Assembly: GCA_016765035.1 (NCBI GenBank) | Contig: JAESQS010000026.1 | Span: 1-60,152, forward strand | Length of the DNA: 60,152 nt | Direction of reading: 5' to 3' | Origin: Kordiimonadaceae bacterium | GTDB taxonomy: Bacteria; Pseudomonadota; Alphaproteobacteria; Sphingomonadales; Kordiimonadaceae | In this document: positions 16,701 through 25,419 of the stretch, in pieces | Position numbering within the stretch: position 1 is the first letter of the stretch | Layout of the letters: every line of letters begins with the position of its first letter | Made by a program: the position numbers and the translations under genes | Notes under the pieces: generated by a model | Seen by the model: the letters and a program-made list of their open reading frames with translations, nothing else | Told to the model about the DNA's origin: nothing | The model's database searches: none

Positions 16701-19147
16701 CTTTCAAAGGTTGCGACAATGCTGCCAATGCCCGTTGTGCCGGCTGGCAATGCAAGCACATCTGACCCGCTTTGATAATTGCCGGTTATCTGAACTAGTA
16801 CTTGGTCATACGTCGCGTTATCAGGGTCAGCAATAGTCGCCGCAGCATCAATCACAATTGCAGTACCGCCTTCGGTGAAAGCAACTGATCCTGTGGTTAA
16901 TGTCACAACAGGCACATCATTCACAGCAGTTACAGACACGGTTTTTGTAACTGTCGCACTATCAATATCGCCATCATTCAAAGTAATGCTAATGGTGCGG
17001 CCTGCTGTGCTTGGTGTGTCAGATGTATTGATAAATAACACTTGCCGTAACGCTGTTTGCCATGTTGCAGCTGTCGCGCCGGCTGAAGCTGTCAATGTGA
17101 GCGAACTGTTACTGTTGGTTAAACTAAACCCATCAATACCAGCTACAGCTAGGGCGGCAGAAGGTTCTAGACTGTCTACTCCCAGCTCTAGCCCTCCGGA
17201 AATTGTAATAGTCGCAGATGTGAGCAAGTCACCCTCATCTACGTCTGTGATAATTAGTGCATTGTCGATAAACACAGCACCCCCTTCCGTGAAAGCGGTA
17301 GTGCCAGCTGATGTTGTCACAACAGGCGCATCATTTGACGGCGTGATGGTAACATTCACTGTTAGCGTATCAGTGCCGCCATGGCCGTCAGACACATCCA
17401 CCGTGAAGGTATCACTGCCTTCAGCGTTGGCCGTTGGCGTATATGTGAAGGTGGTTGGCAAATCGCCCGCGTTGCCCGTTGCTGCCGGTGTGCCAGTAAA
17501 GGCAACCGTGCCTTTTGTTGCTGTGGTGCTGCCCTCAGTCCATGTCAGTGTATCGCCAACATTACTGTCGGTAACACCAAGCCCTACAATTGCAGTTGCC
17601 CCTGCATCTTCAGCCACGGTTAGGCTGATGACATCATCGGCATCATCAAATTCAGGCGCTTCATTTACAGAAAGCCCGCCAACATTCTCTCCTCCTGAGC
17701 CAGTACCGTCTGCTGGGCCTCCTGCTTTGATGGCAATGGTTTGCACTGTGGCACCATTATTCGCCAGCGCGCCGCCGGTAACACCATTGTTTACCGCTGT
17801 TGCATCAAAAATTTCGGTTAAGGTATTTAGAGCGGCAAACCCCGAGGATGGCGTGAAGCTTTCATTCAGCAGGACTAGGCCTATGAAGTTTATCGTACTG
17901 CCGCCGTTATTTACAATATTGTTACCCGATGCACCACTACCAGCAATAATGCTGTCCGTGATTGTGACCGTGGTCATCGCACCGGAAACATGCAATTGAC
18001 TACCTAAAGTAGCATTTGTGTGATTGTTGCCCACAATAGTAGAGTTTGTTATCGTATTAGATGAGCTGATAATTGCCACGCCACCAGCGACTATAGCGTC
18101 GTCAGCAGTCACGGTGCTATTGGTGAGCGTTAGTGAGCCAATGCTAAATATACCCGCTGCGGTATCGGCCGTATTGTCGGTGATCAGGCTATTGGTAACA
18201 ATTAGCGTGTCATTGGATAAAATTCCTCCTCCGGCATTGGCGACATTCCCGCTGATACGACTGTTATTGATGGTGACAGTAGTGCCTGTGTCGCTGAGTA
18301 TTCCGCCACCGCTATCGGAAGAAATATTCCCCCCGGTAATCACCAAGGATTCAAGCGTAACTGTGCCTCCAGTGATATGGAAAACTCTCGATGTATTATT
18401 CGCATCGATGGTGATGTCGGCACCATCGTCTCCATTATTGTCGCCATCAATGGTTAAATCTTGACCGATTTCTAACTGGCCATTGGTTAGTGTAATGGTG
18501 CCTGAAAGGCCCGCCTGAAAATCAATAGTATCACCAGGCGCAGCGTTAGCGATGGCTTCCCTAAGGGAGATGTCTGCACCTGTGCCATTTTCATCAACGA
18601 GGGTTGTAACTGTGATGGTTGCCAGAGTATGCGCGTAAGCTTCCTCTGTTACTTTTTTAAACGGGGACTGTGTGCCAATTAGCCAGTTCCCACCAAGGGA
18701 TGCGGCACCAACTGGGCGGTCTGACGCAAAAACTGTGGCTCCAATTTTAGTCTCTAGCGCTTTTATGAACTTTTTACCGGTATCTAGCCAAGCCACACTA
18801 CAAGCCCACAAGGCGATTTTTGCCTTTGCCCCTAAGGCAATGCTGATGTCTGTTAACGTATCATCATGGGCGGCAAGCCCCTTGAAATCGAACGGTTGCC
18901 CGCCCAGGTGCAGCGCTCCAGGTTCCCCGTGAGCCAATATGTGCAAAGTGTCTGTTTGGCCCCGCGCTTTTAATGCCTCAGCAACCTGCTTAAGCGGCGC
19001 TGTTGTGTCGGTCAGATGCAACACATCTATGGGCTGCGCGACACCTGCAAGCAATAGGTTCAAGTCTTTTACATTTGGTCCAACAACAAGCAGGTCTTTA
19101 CTCGTGGCATTCTCGGTGATGGTCTTATGGAGCGGTAGAACGGTCAT
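13724..19147 (-). CDS. Giant DUF4347 / beta-helix / Ig-like repeat / RTX calcium-binding surface protein (T1SS substrate)
   Basis: N-terminal LHILAHGEPG...LWAC...VGAASLGGNW (DUF4347); two SLREA beta-helix modules; NDAP/NDVP-delimited repeats; PT linker; C-terminal GGxGxD nonapeptides. Confidence 0.9.
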   Translation of the reverse strand: MTVLPLHKTITENATSKDLLVVGPNVKDLNLLLAGVAQPIDVLHLTDTTAPLKQVAEALKARGQTDTLHILAHGEPGALHLGGQPFDFKGLAAHDDTLTDISIALGAKAKIALWACSVAWLDTGKKFIKALETKIGATVFASDRPVGAASLGGNWLIGTQSPFKKVTEEAYAHTLATITVTTLVDENGTGADISLREAIANAAPGDTIDFQAGLSGTITLTNGQLEIGQDLTIDGDNNGDDGADITIDANNTSRVFHITGGTVTLESLVITGGNISSDSGGGILSDTGTTVTINNSRISGNVANAGGGILSNDTLIVTNSLITDNTADTAAGIFSIGSLTLTNSTVTADDAIVAGGVAIISSSNTITNSTIVGNNHTNATLGSQLHVSGAMTTVTITDSIIAGSGASGNNIVNNGGSTINFIGLVLLNESFTPSSGFAALNTLTEIFDATAVNNGVTGGALANNGATVQTIAIKAGGPADGTGSGGENVGGLSVNEAPEFDDADDVISLTVAEDAGATAIVGLGVTDSNVGDTLTWTEGSTTATKGTVAFTGTPAATGNAGDLPTTFTYTPTANAEGSDTFTVDVSDGHGGTDTLTVNVTITPSNDAPVVTTSAGTTAFTEGGAVFIDNALIITDVDEGDLLTSATITISGGLELGVDSLEPSAALAVAGIDGFSLTNSNSSLTLTASAGATAATWQTALRQVLFINTSDTPSTAGRTISITLNDGDIDSATVTKTVSVTAVNDVPVVTLTTGSVAFTEGGTAIVIDAAATIADPDNATYDQVLVQITGNYQSGSDVLALPAGTTGIGSIVATFESTPGLLTLSNGGGTPTDAEWEAALQAVTFVNTSNDPSTSRTISITANDGTSASVAATRTIAITTTNDVPTLSINSEDPAYLSGADAVALFNSANGTSVEANDRVDEIVITVTNVSDAGSEFINISGTQIPLTAGASGFTIPGANNFTAAVTGSGTTITVTLSGGPAANSQLNSTLNSITYQNTSSSATAGDRVVTITSLTDDSGGVAALSDSSTITVTARAAFTVTTLLDSGDDLTVTGDLAAETADGGGLSLREALLLSNAASGADTINFDSTVFAGGQTIALNQATGELAVTDSVTINGDIDGDNKADVTIDANYNTRIFNITGGTSTRNALTILDGGSSGGGGIAVSGGTTALTLANSTVTGGEGATGGVGLHATSGADVTITDSIFTNASSTSGSAVAFVGAGTVSLTNTIIAGATGGGGGGLLIDNSTVSISNSTITGNYGGGTTGADQVSLTNNGVLNISDSIVSGDGAVDDIIVEMGSAVNVTGTLIVTNAFTPTSGSATTNAVADIFVSTTTNNGVLGGAVADGAILMNPAFLAVGAHKAPEITLSTDSTLAFTEDAGAVLIDGSLTITSASDTVLASAKIDIGAGLESASDVLSLVLNPSTMGNIVIDSFDASKGSLYLSSAGGTATLAEWQAALRAVTFNNTSDTPSTTDREITFTVNTGSVGSVGAVRTVSVTDVAEATPTPTPVVSTPTPTPSSGSDAPDEAPAPVIVRKAEDTDSSDDNLSGAALDDIIESAGGNDSVNGGGGNDNIDGGQGADLIVGGDAAAGLDLNNLTAAGDDTLLGGDGDDLIIGGSYDTTTKKAVETGSGENVIVAGRVNDTVFGDGQADIIGAGEGGDEVMSGGGNDQVFGSFGQDSIDGGSGDDTLFGGDGDDTVTGGIGDDEIWGSAGNDALTGGEGNDHFRFITGFGSDTISDFGSSEGNSDQLDFSLIEGLTLADIQSSAVFDGGNVVLTIGNEGSITLIGFDESQLQQIIDAGQIVVS

Positions 19148-19286
19148 TTAGATATCCCTTGAATCGTCTGTGAGCCTTGAATGCAGGCAATAGTCAGTTG
19201 GGTTTGACAGCGATGCCAAACTGGTTAAATGGGTAAATGGTTTTGGTGAGCTCCGCGCAGTGGCGGAGCAAATAGAATTTGAATAG

Positions 19287-20471
19287 CTAGCTACATTTAG
19301 GGTGTTCTTTCACTAATATTCCCAGTGGAAAAATATTGGCGGAATGGGTGAAATCATTGGGTAAAAATAAGCTGTTATTCGCCTCTGATGCACCCTTAAT
19401 CGCCGCGCCATCAAGGAGGGAAAAAACATGTTCTGCTTTGCGGACTTCAAGCGGCGCGTCATGCTGGTTGATGCTGACGGCGAGAGCGGCCAGTTCTTTC
19501 TGAACCAAAGCAGGGGAAACTTCATCAAACAGGGGGCAAAGCTCAGGGTGTGGAGTATTGCCTCGGCTGATTTTATAGTCTGCGCCGGCGCTGGCCTGAT
19601 TAAAGGCCGCGGCAACAAACTCAGAAGAAATTTGCGTTTGCTGGCTGCGGAGTATGTCGGCGGCTTTCAAGGCCTCTCGCTGGAGTATCTTTTGCAGTGT
19701 CGCCCCAGAGGCGGCAAAAAAAGCATCCAGCACATCCTTGTACGGGCGTAGAAAAACAGATTGCAGGTATTTTTGAATGTCTGCCACACGAAAACTGCCA
19801 CACCGGCGCCAAATTGCCAGCATCAACAATGCCAAATGGGTGTTCGTATGGGAGTTGGATTCAGTCTTGTTATCAACTTTATTATCAATCGTATTATCAA
19901 TCTTATTACCAGTATCATCATCAGGGCTGGCCGCCGGTATTCCGTTGGCCTCTATAATTGCATGTAGGTGGTGAGCTTTAGCAATAACCGGGCCTGGTGG
20001 CAACTGCATATCGCCCATAGCCACTCCTGTGCGGCAATAGCGCAGCGCCCAAATGCCGTCTTCAGGATAATCGGCCAAAGGGGTTGATTGCACCTGCCCC
20101 TGAACAACCTCCAATACATTCTTTTCCCCATAGCTGTATATTTCAGGGTAGGTCACCAAGGCCGCGCTGGTGTAGCCGCCGCCATCAAACAGGGAAATTA
20201 GAAATGCCAGCAGCGGCAGGGCTGGGTCTTCATGCAAGGTCTTTTCGGCTCCATTTAGCAGGGAGCTTGGGTCTAAAGCCTCCCCTAGCAACAGTTTCCG
20301 GGCCGCTGTTATAAGCTCAGAAAATATATCATCTGCGCCTTGTGTGCCTGTAAGCTTGGCGAATTGCGGGCTATACCCATAGTGGCGCAACAGGATATCA
20401 CCAGGCTCTAGGTCTTCCTTGGCAATACGGATTGGCCGTGCCGGGCTTTTATCATGGTGTTGGGCTGGCAT
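19287..20471 (-). CDS. Permuted papain-like (YiiX/YebB NlpC/P60) fold protein, catalytic residues apparently substituted
   Basis: LEPGDILL, YTSAALV, ISSEFVAAAF and LPNDF in the family order. Confidence 0.55.
   Translation of the reverse strand: MPAQHHDKSPARPIRIAKEDLEPGDILLRHYGYSPQFAKLTGTQGADDIFSELITAARKLLLGEALDPSSLLNGAEKTLHEDPALPLLAFLISLFDGGGYTSAALVTYPEIYSYGEKNVLEVVQGQVQSTPLADYPEDGIWALRYCRTGVAMGDMQLPPGPVIAKAHHLHAIIEANGIPAASPDDDTGNKIDNTIDNKVDNKTESNSHTNTHLALLMLAIWRRCGSFRVADIQKYLQSVFLRPYKDVLDAFFAASGATLQKILQREALKAADILRSQQTQISSEFVAAAFNQASAGADYKISRGNTPHPELCPLFDEVSPALVQKELAALAVSINQHDAPLEVRKAEHVFSLLDGAAIKGASEANNSLFLPNDFTHSANIFPLGILVKEHPKCS
19866..19912. repeat. Degenerate 12-bp coding tandem repeat (NKID/NTID/NKVD)
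   Basis: TTATCAACTTTA TTATCAATCGTA TTATCAATCTTA TTACCAGT. Confidence 0.65.
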
Positions 20472-20632
20472 AGGGTATTCTTTCCAAATGCGCAGGCCAA
20501 ATCGCAGGCCAAATCACGCGTTGAGAAAGCATTGGCCCGTAGGCAGCGGAAAGTCCTGCCAATTACCACGGCATTCTGGTGTTGGCAGAAATGACAGACT
20601 TTATGGCAGATATGTCGTATTTTTATGCTGGA

Positions 20633-22717
20633 TTAGGGGGCTTTGGCCTTTAGCTCTTTAGGCGAAATGGTAAACCGTTGCTGAAAACGCTTTGAAAAAT
20701 AACTAACATCTTTAAAGCCGCTTCGGTGGGCCGCTTGGGATATATTGGCGGCATTATTCGCCAGCAATTGGTAGGCATGTTCTAGCCGCAATGCCCGAAT
20801 AAGGGCCGCAGGTGTCTCTGCTGTCAAGTCCACCACTTTGCGGTGGAGCTGCCGGGTGCTCATGCCCATGTCTTCGGCAAGCTCAGCCACTTGGAAATTA
20901 AAGTTGCCCATATTTTGCGTGATTACTTTTTTAATCTTCTGTTCAAACGTCTGATCTTTTGACAGGATTTCATCGCCATCCATGCTGGCCGCTGTGATCG
21001 TGCGCCGGGTTAATTCTGTCTCCAGCAATTCAGTTTGTTCATCAGCGCGCTCTCTAGCCAGCTCAAGCGATGCAATCATGCCATTGAACCCTGCGGCCAA
21101 ATCGCCAAATTCATCTTGAGTATCGAGCGACAGCTTACTATCCAAGTTGCCGCTATCTACCTTAGTCAATCCAGTTGAAAGGGTGTTAAGCGGTGTGACA
21201 ATCCGCTGAACTAAATATGGCCGAATGAACATTATGACGGCAAGGATTGTGAAGACCATGTAGGCGGCTAGGGGCCACAATTTTTCGTGCACAATGGCCC
21301 TTCTGCCCAAGTTTAAATCAAACCAAACCATGGGTTGGCTTGTTACTAAAGGCAGGGCAGACAAAAGTTGTGTGCGCAACGCTAATTTAACACCATTATG
21401 GATACCAATGCTTGTATCACGCACGACTGACCCCATTACAGGAACATCCCGGTAATTCAGCCTGATACTGCCGTCGGGGCGGATAACAAGCTGCATGATA
21501 TCTGCGGGCCGGTTTCCTTTAGATTGTGTCCACGTAATGACAGCCTGATCTGCCTGAAGGGAAGACTGAAATTTATAGCCAGCCCCAGGCACACAAAAAG
21601 GCGCAATCGGCGGCTTGTCGCGTAGACATTGAATATTGGAATAAACAGGTTTTGGCCCAATACTACCGTTGAAAGGTACTACCTGCCCACTTGGCAAAAT
21701 ATGCAGGCGGTTATAATTTTGGCCATAGAAGGGGAAACTGAATGGCAGGTCTAGTGCCACCCCTTCTTTTTCTGTCGTGTGATTTAACGCGGTGGTATCA
21801 GCCCAACTGGCGGGGGTAGCTTCTGCTTGATACCTGCTGTTGTCGCGACCAATGCCAGCAGGTGTTATGATAATGCTTGATTGTTGAAGCAAGGCAACAT
21901 CCTCAAGCGCCAGCTCAGCTTGCTCTTCATGAAATAATAAAATCACAGAAGTAGCGACAGACATTAATATAACCGTCATGCCTATTGTGATCTTGGTTGC
22001 CAAACAGGCTCTGCGCTCAACATATTTAAAGAAGCCAACAACCACCAAGCCCAGAATAACAAGGTTATTGATATAATAGAGGCCGTAGGTCATCTCTTGT
22101 GGCAAGCTGGTATTCACATTCAACGCGGGCATCAAGGCACCGAATACAAATAACCCTGCGGCCAAAAACAGATAATATGTCGCTTTGCTGCGAAAATCAT
22201 CTGCTGGCAGGGCTTTCCATAGACTAAGTAAGAAAACCGGCAGTACCCGTGTTTTTTTGAAAAGAACAGCACCCAGCAGCAAAAAAGTATAGCTGGATAA
22301 TAACACCGGCAATGGCAAAAGCAGATGGTAGGCGGCACTGTCATAGGCCGCGTTGCTCGACACTGCTATGTAATAGAAATACAGCCAAATCGGAACAACA
22401 ATAGCAGCAAAGACGCGGGTGGCTAAAACATGCCGCTTGTTGTCAACCCCAGCCACGTGCCGGGAAAGTTCAACAAATGCCAAGATTTCAAAAAATATGG
22501 CGGGATATTCAAATTCGAAAAAGGGCAGTGATCCAAGAGAGTAGGTGCCTGTATCTAAAACCACAGCACCGACATAAAGCGCACAGCCAGAAAGAAAGGC
22601 CAGCATCCGACGGCGCGCAGGCCCAACTGTGGTTGAACGCCACACTTCAGCCAAAGCGACTGTTATCAACAGTAGACTTGCAAGATTCATCAAAGAAAAA
22701 TGTGAAAAATACAACAT
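20633..22717 (-). CDS. Multi-pass membrane sensor with extracytoplasmic domain, HAMP and AraC HTH
   Basis: About 8 N-terminal TM segments; LDLPFSFPFYGQNY domain; TM followed by HAMP (PLNTL...DEFGDLAAGFNGM); AraC (LAEDMGMSTRQLHRK...GFKDVSYFSKRF). Confidence 0.85.
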   Translation of the reverse strand: MLYFSHFSLMNLASLLLITVALAEVWRSTTVGPARRRMLAFLSGCALYVGAVVLDTGTYSLGSLPFFEFEYPAIFFEILAFVELSRHVAGVDNKRHVLATRVFAAIVVPIWLYFYYIAVSSNAAYDSAAYHLLLPLPVLLSSYTFLLLGAVLFKKTRVLPVFLLSLWKALPADDFRSKATYYLFLAAGLFVFGALMPALNVNTSLPQEMTYGLYYINNLVILGLVVVGFFKYVERRACLATKITIGMTVILMSVATSVILLFHEEQAELALEDVALLQQSSIIITPAGIGRDNSRYQAEATPASWADTTALNHTTEKEGVALDLPFSFPFYGQNYNRLHILPSGQVVPFNGSIGPKPVYSNIQCLRDKPPIAPFCVPGAGYKFQSSLQADQAVITWTQSKGNRPADIMQLVIRPDGSIRLNYRDVPVMGSVVRDTSIGIHNGVKLALRTQLLSALPLVTSQPMVWFDLNLGRRAIVHEKLWPLAAYMVFTILAVIMFIRPYLVQRIVTPLNTLSTGLTKVDSGNLDSKLSLDTQDEFGDLAAGFNGMIASLELARERADEQTELLETELTRRTITAASMDGDEILSKDQTFEQKIKKVITQNMGNFNFQVAELAEDMGMSTRQLHRKVVDLTAETPAALIRALRLEHAYQLLANNAANISQAAHRSGFKDVSYFSKRFQQRFTISPKELKAKAP

Positions 22718-23132
22718 ACAGCCAGCGCGCCTTTAAGTTTATTGTTTTGTGCCAACAGCCTGCTGCGGGGTCAACCTAAACTTTTCAGAAGCCGCCCAAA
22801 CAGGGCCTAAATTATTGTTGCACTGTCGACATAGTCTAGTTTTGGTCGGTTTTTTTGTGTCAGCTCGGTTCCTTGCGCCCTTTGGGCCAGCCTGAAAATA
22901 CTCTTTTGGAAAATCAATCTTCCTATAAAGAAAGCAAATTCCAACCCGGTTAGTGGCGTTTAAAAGGGGGTTTTTTGCTTGAATGCTAGCTCTTGATAGC
23001 GAGGTGTGGGTGCCTAAAAAATCTTCATCATATTTTAAGTGTGCGCGTCTACCATACTCACTTCATTGTTAAAAAAAGGGGGAGGAACAAGGGAAAATGA
23101 GACTTATTTATTAAATCAAAGACGGTGAGAAA

Positions 23133-24518
23133 ATGTCTGAATTACGCAAGATAGTCAGCCCCCTTTGTACCGTGTTATTATCAACTAGTTTTATGGTGTT
23201 CCCTGCCCCTTCTGCAGTGAGCGCACAGGAAATGAACAGCCAACAGACCCGGCAGCAACTTGAAGACCGGGTGCAGCGGCTTGAGCAAGAATTACAAGCT
23301 ATCAAAAATATGTTGATGGCTAAAAAAACTGCGCCCGTAAAAATGGTCGTAAAGGGCAAAAAAGCGCCAGAAAAAGGCAAAAAGGCCAAGAAAAAAGTTC
23401 GTGTTGCGCTAAAGCCAACGCCCAAATTTAAATCTGCAGATGGCTCGTTCGTGGCTAAATTTGTCGGCTTTGGGCAAATGGATTCGGTCTTTCAGAATAA
23501 TGATACAGTCGCGCACCCCAATGGCACCACCGTAAGGCGGGCGCGCCTTGGCTTGGCAGGAAAGGCTTTCAATGTTTGGGGCTATAAATTTCTGTATGAG
23601 TTTGCAAACAACAACAAGCCCTCCCTTCAGGATATGTTCATTACCTACAAGGGGTTTAAAAATGTTGCCATAACATTGGGGCAGGCAAAAGAGCCTGTGG
23701 GGCTAGAATGGCAAAGCCCGTCCAAATATTGGACTTTTATGGAACTGCCAGTGACCACAAGCCTAACGCCGCGTCGGTCCATCGGTACCATTATGACAGC
23801 CACATTTGATAAACTCAGGTTTACTACAGGGCTGTTTGGTGAAAATGCCAATAAAACCCGCACTGCAAATGAAGGCTATTCTATTGATATTCATATGGCC
23901 TTTACGCCATTCCATACCAAAACCACCCATTTGCACGGTGCTGTCCACTATAGTTACAGGGTGCCTGACGACCAAACAAACACCCTAAAATATGGGGGTA
24001 AACATGAAACATCTGTCACACCAACAGCCAGCATTACAACAGGGAATATCGGCTCGGTAGACCATAATATTTTGCTGGGTGGTGAAATGCTGTGGGTTAA
24101 TGGGCCTTTCTCTGTTCAGGCTGAATATACCCAGTCAACAGTGAGCAGGGATGCTGGCTTTGTCGATGAAAAATTCCAAAGCTATTATGTGCAGGGAAGT
24201 TGGTTTTTAACGGGCGAGTCTAAAAACTTTAACCCTAAAAAATATGGCCATGGCCGCATTGCGCCTCATGCGCCGTTCAAGCCCGGGAAAAGTGATTGGG
24301 GTGCCCTAGAGCTTGCTTTTCGGTATGGGCTGCTTGACCTGCATGACAATGTCATAACCGGTGGCAGTCTGCGGCGCTTTACGGGGGCTTTGAACTGGCA
24401 CCCAAATACTTATACCCGCTTTTCCATGAATTATACGGTCATTGATACGGACAGCAATGCAGTCCGGCCAAATGATAATAGCAAATCGCTCGCTTTACGC
24501 GCTCAAATAGACTTTTAA
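23133..24518 (+). CDS. OprO/OprP phosphate-selective porin
   Basis: Signal peptide, VRRARLG, GQAKEPVGLE, YVQGSWFLTGES, GALELAFRY and terminal F. Confidence 0.9.
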   Translation: MSELRKIVSPLCTVLLSTSFMVFPAPSAVSAQEMNSQQTRQQLEDRVQRLEQELQAIKNMLMAKKTAPVKMVVKGKKAPEKGKKAKKKVRVALKPTPKFKSADGSFVAKFVGFGQMDSVFQNNDTVAHPNGTTVRRARLGLAGKAFNVWGYKFLYEFANNNKPSLQDMFITYKGFKNVAITLGQAKEPVGLEWQSPSKYWTFMELPVTTSLTPRRSIGTIMTATFDKLRFTTGLFGENANKTRTANEGYSIDIHMAFTPFHTKTTHLHGAVHYSYRVPDDQTNTLKYGGKHETSVTPTASITTGNIGSVDHNILLGGEMLWVNGPFSVQAEYTQSTVSRDAGFVDEKFQSYYVQGSWFLTGESKNFNPKKYGHGRIAPHAPFKPGKSDWGALELAFRYGLLDLHDNVITGGSLRRFTGALNWHPNTYTRFSMNYTVIDTDSNAVRPNDNSKSLALRAQIDF

Positions 24519-24531
24519 CGGAGTATAAATA

Positions 24532-25365
24532 ATGCAGAAAATTCGTATGTTTTGCTCAGTTTTGGCAGCCGTGTTTGTGGTCAATATTGGCATAGCTGCC
24601 CCAGTGTTGGGCGCGGCGGAATGCCATGTGAAAGTGGGGGTTGTCCCTCAATTTGAGCAAAGAAAACTGTACCGTATATGGACGCCTATTTTGGCTGCCC
24701 TGAAAGAAGCGGTACATTGTGATTTTGAGCTGGTTGGCTCAAAAGACATCCCCGCGTTTGAAGAAGCATTCAAACAGGGTGTTTATGACATAGCCTACAT
24801 GAACCCCTATCATGCATTGGTGGCAAATGAAGCACAGGGCTATGTGCCTTTGGTGCGGTCTGGCAGTAAAAAGCTAAAGGGTATATTGGTTGTGCGGGCG
24901 GACAGCGACATCCAGTCTGTGAAAGACTTGAATGGCACCAAAATTGCCTTTCCATCCCCTAACGCGCTTGGGGCATCTTTGCTGATGAGAACGGAGCTTT
25001 CAACTCTTCATCATGTTGAGTTCGAGCCAATGTATGTCGGAAATCACCCTTCTGTTTATTTGAATACAGTGAAGCAGATTACTGCTGCGGGTGGCGGGGT
25101 TCAACGCACATTGAATGCTCAAAACGACATGATAAAAGGCAAGCTGCGGGTACTGTATGTAACCAGCGCAGTGAATGCCCACCCCATTGTTGCGCATCCG
25201 CGTTTAGGCACAGACCGATCGCACGCTATTCAGATGGCTTTGTTAAAAATTGCAGAAACCAAGCATGACCTTACAGATAAAATACCCATGAAAAACCCCA
25301 TCAATACATCAATGGAAGACTATCAGGCCTTGAAGAAACTGGGCATGGAAAAATTCGCAAAATAG
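24532..25365 (+). CDS. PhnD-like phosphate/phosphonate substrate-binding protein
   Basis: Signal peptide, VGVVPQ, DIAYMNPY and IAFPSPNALGAS motifs. Confidence 0.88.
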   Translation: MQKIRMFCSVLAAVFVVNIGIAAPVLGAAECHVKVGVVPQFEQRKLYRIWTPILAALKEAVHCDFELVGSKDIPAFEEAFKQGVYDIAYMNPYHALVANEAQGYVPLVRSGSKKLKGILVVRADSDIQSVKDLNGTKIAFPSPNALGASLLMRTELSTLHHVEFEPMYVGNHPSVYLNTVKQITAAGGGVQRTLNAQNDMIKGKLRVLYVTSAVNAHPIVAHPRLGTDRSHAIQMALLKIAETKHDLTDKIPMKNPINTSMEDYQALKKLGMEKFAK

Positions 25366-25419
25366 GCAGTGGCTTACATAGAAACCCTTAGCTTAGAAAC
25401 ACGGAGTTTATGAACAGCA

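Noticed and set aside
14111-19151. Long plus-strand ORFs (up to 374 aa) opposite the adhesin
   Set aside because: Antisense shadows of a repetitive Gly/Thr/Ala/Asp-rich gene; no RBS or recognisable domains.
22780-23130. Riboswitch or Pho box upstream of the porin
   Set aside because: I could not identify a convincing consensus by eye.
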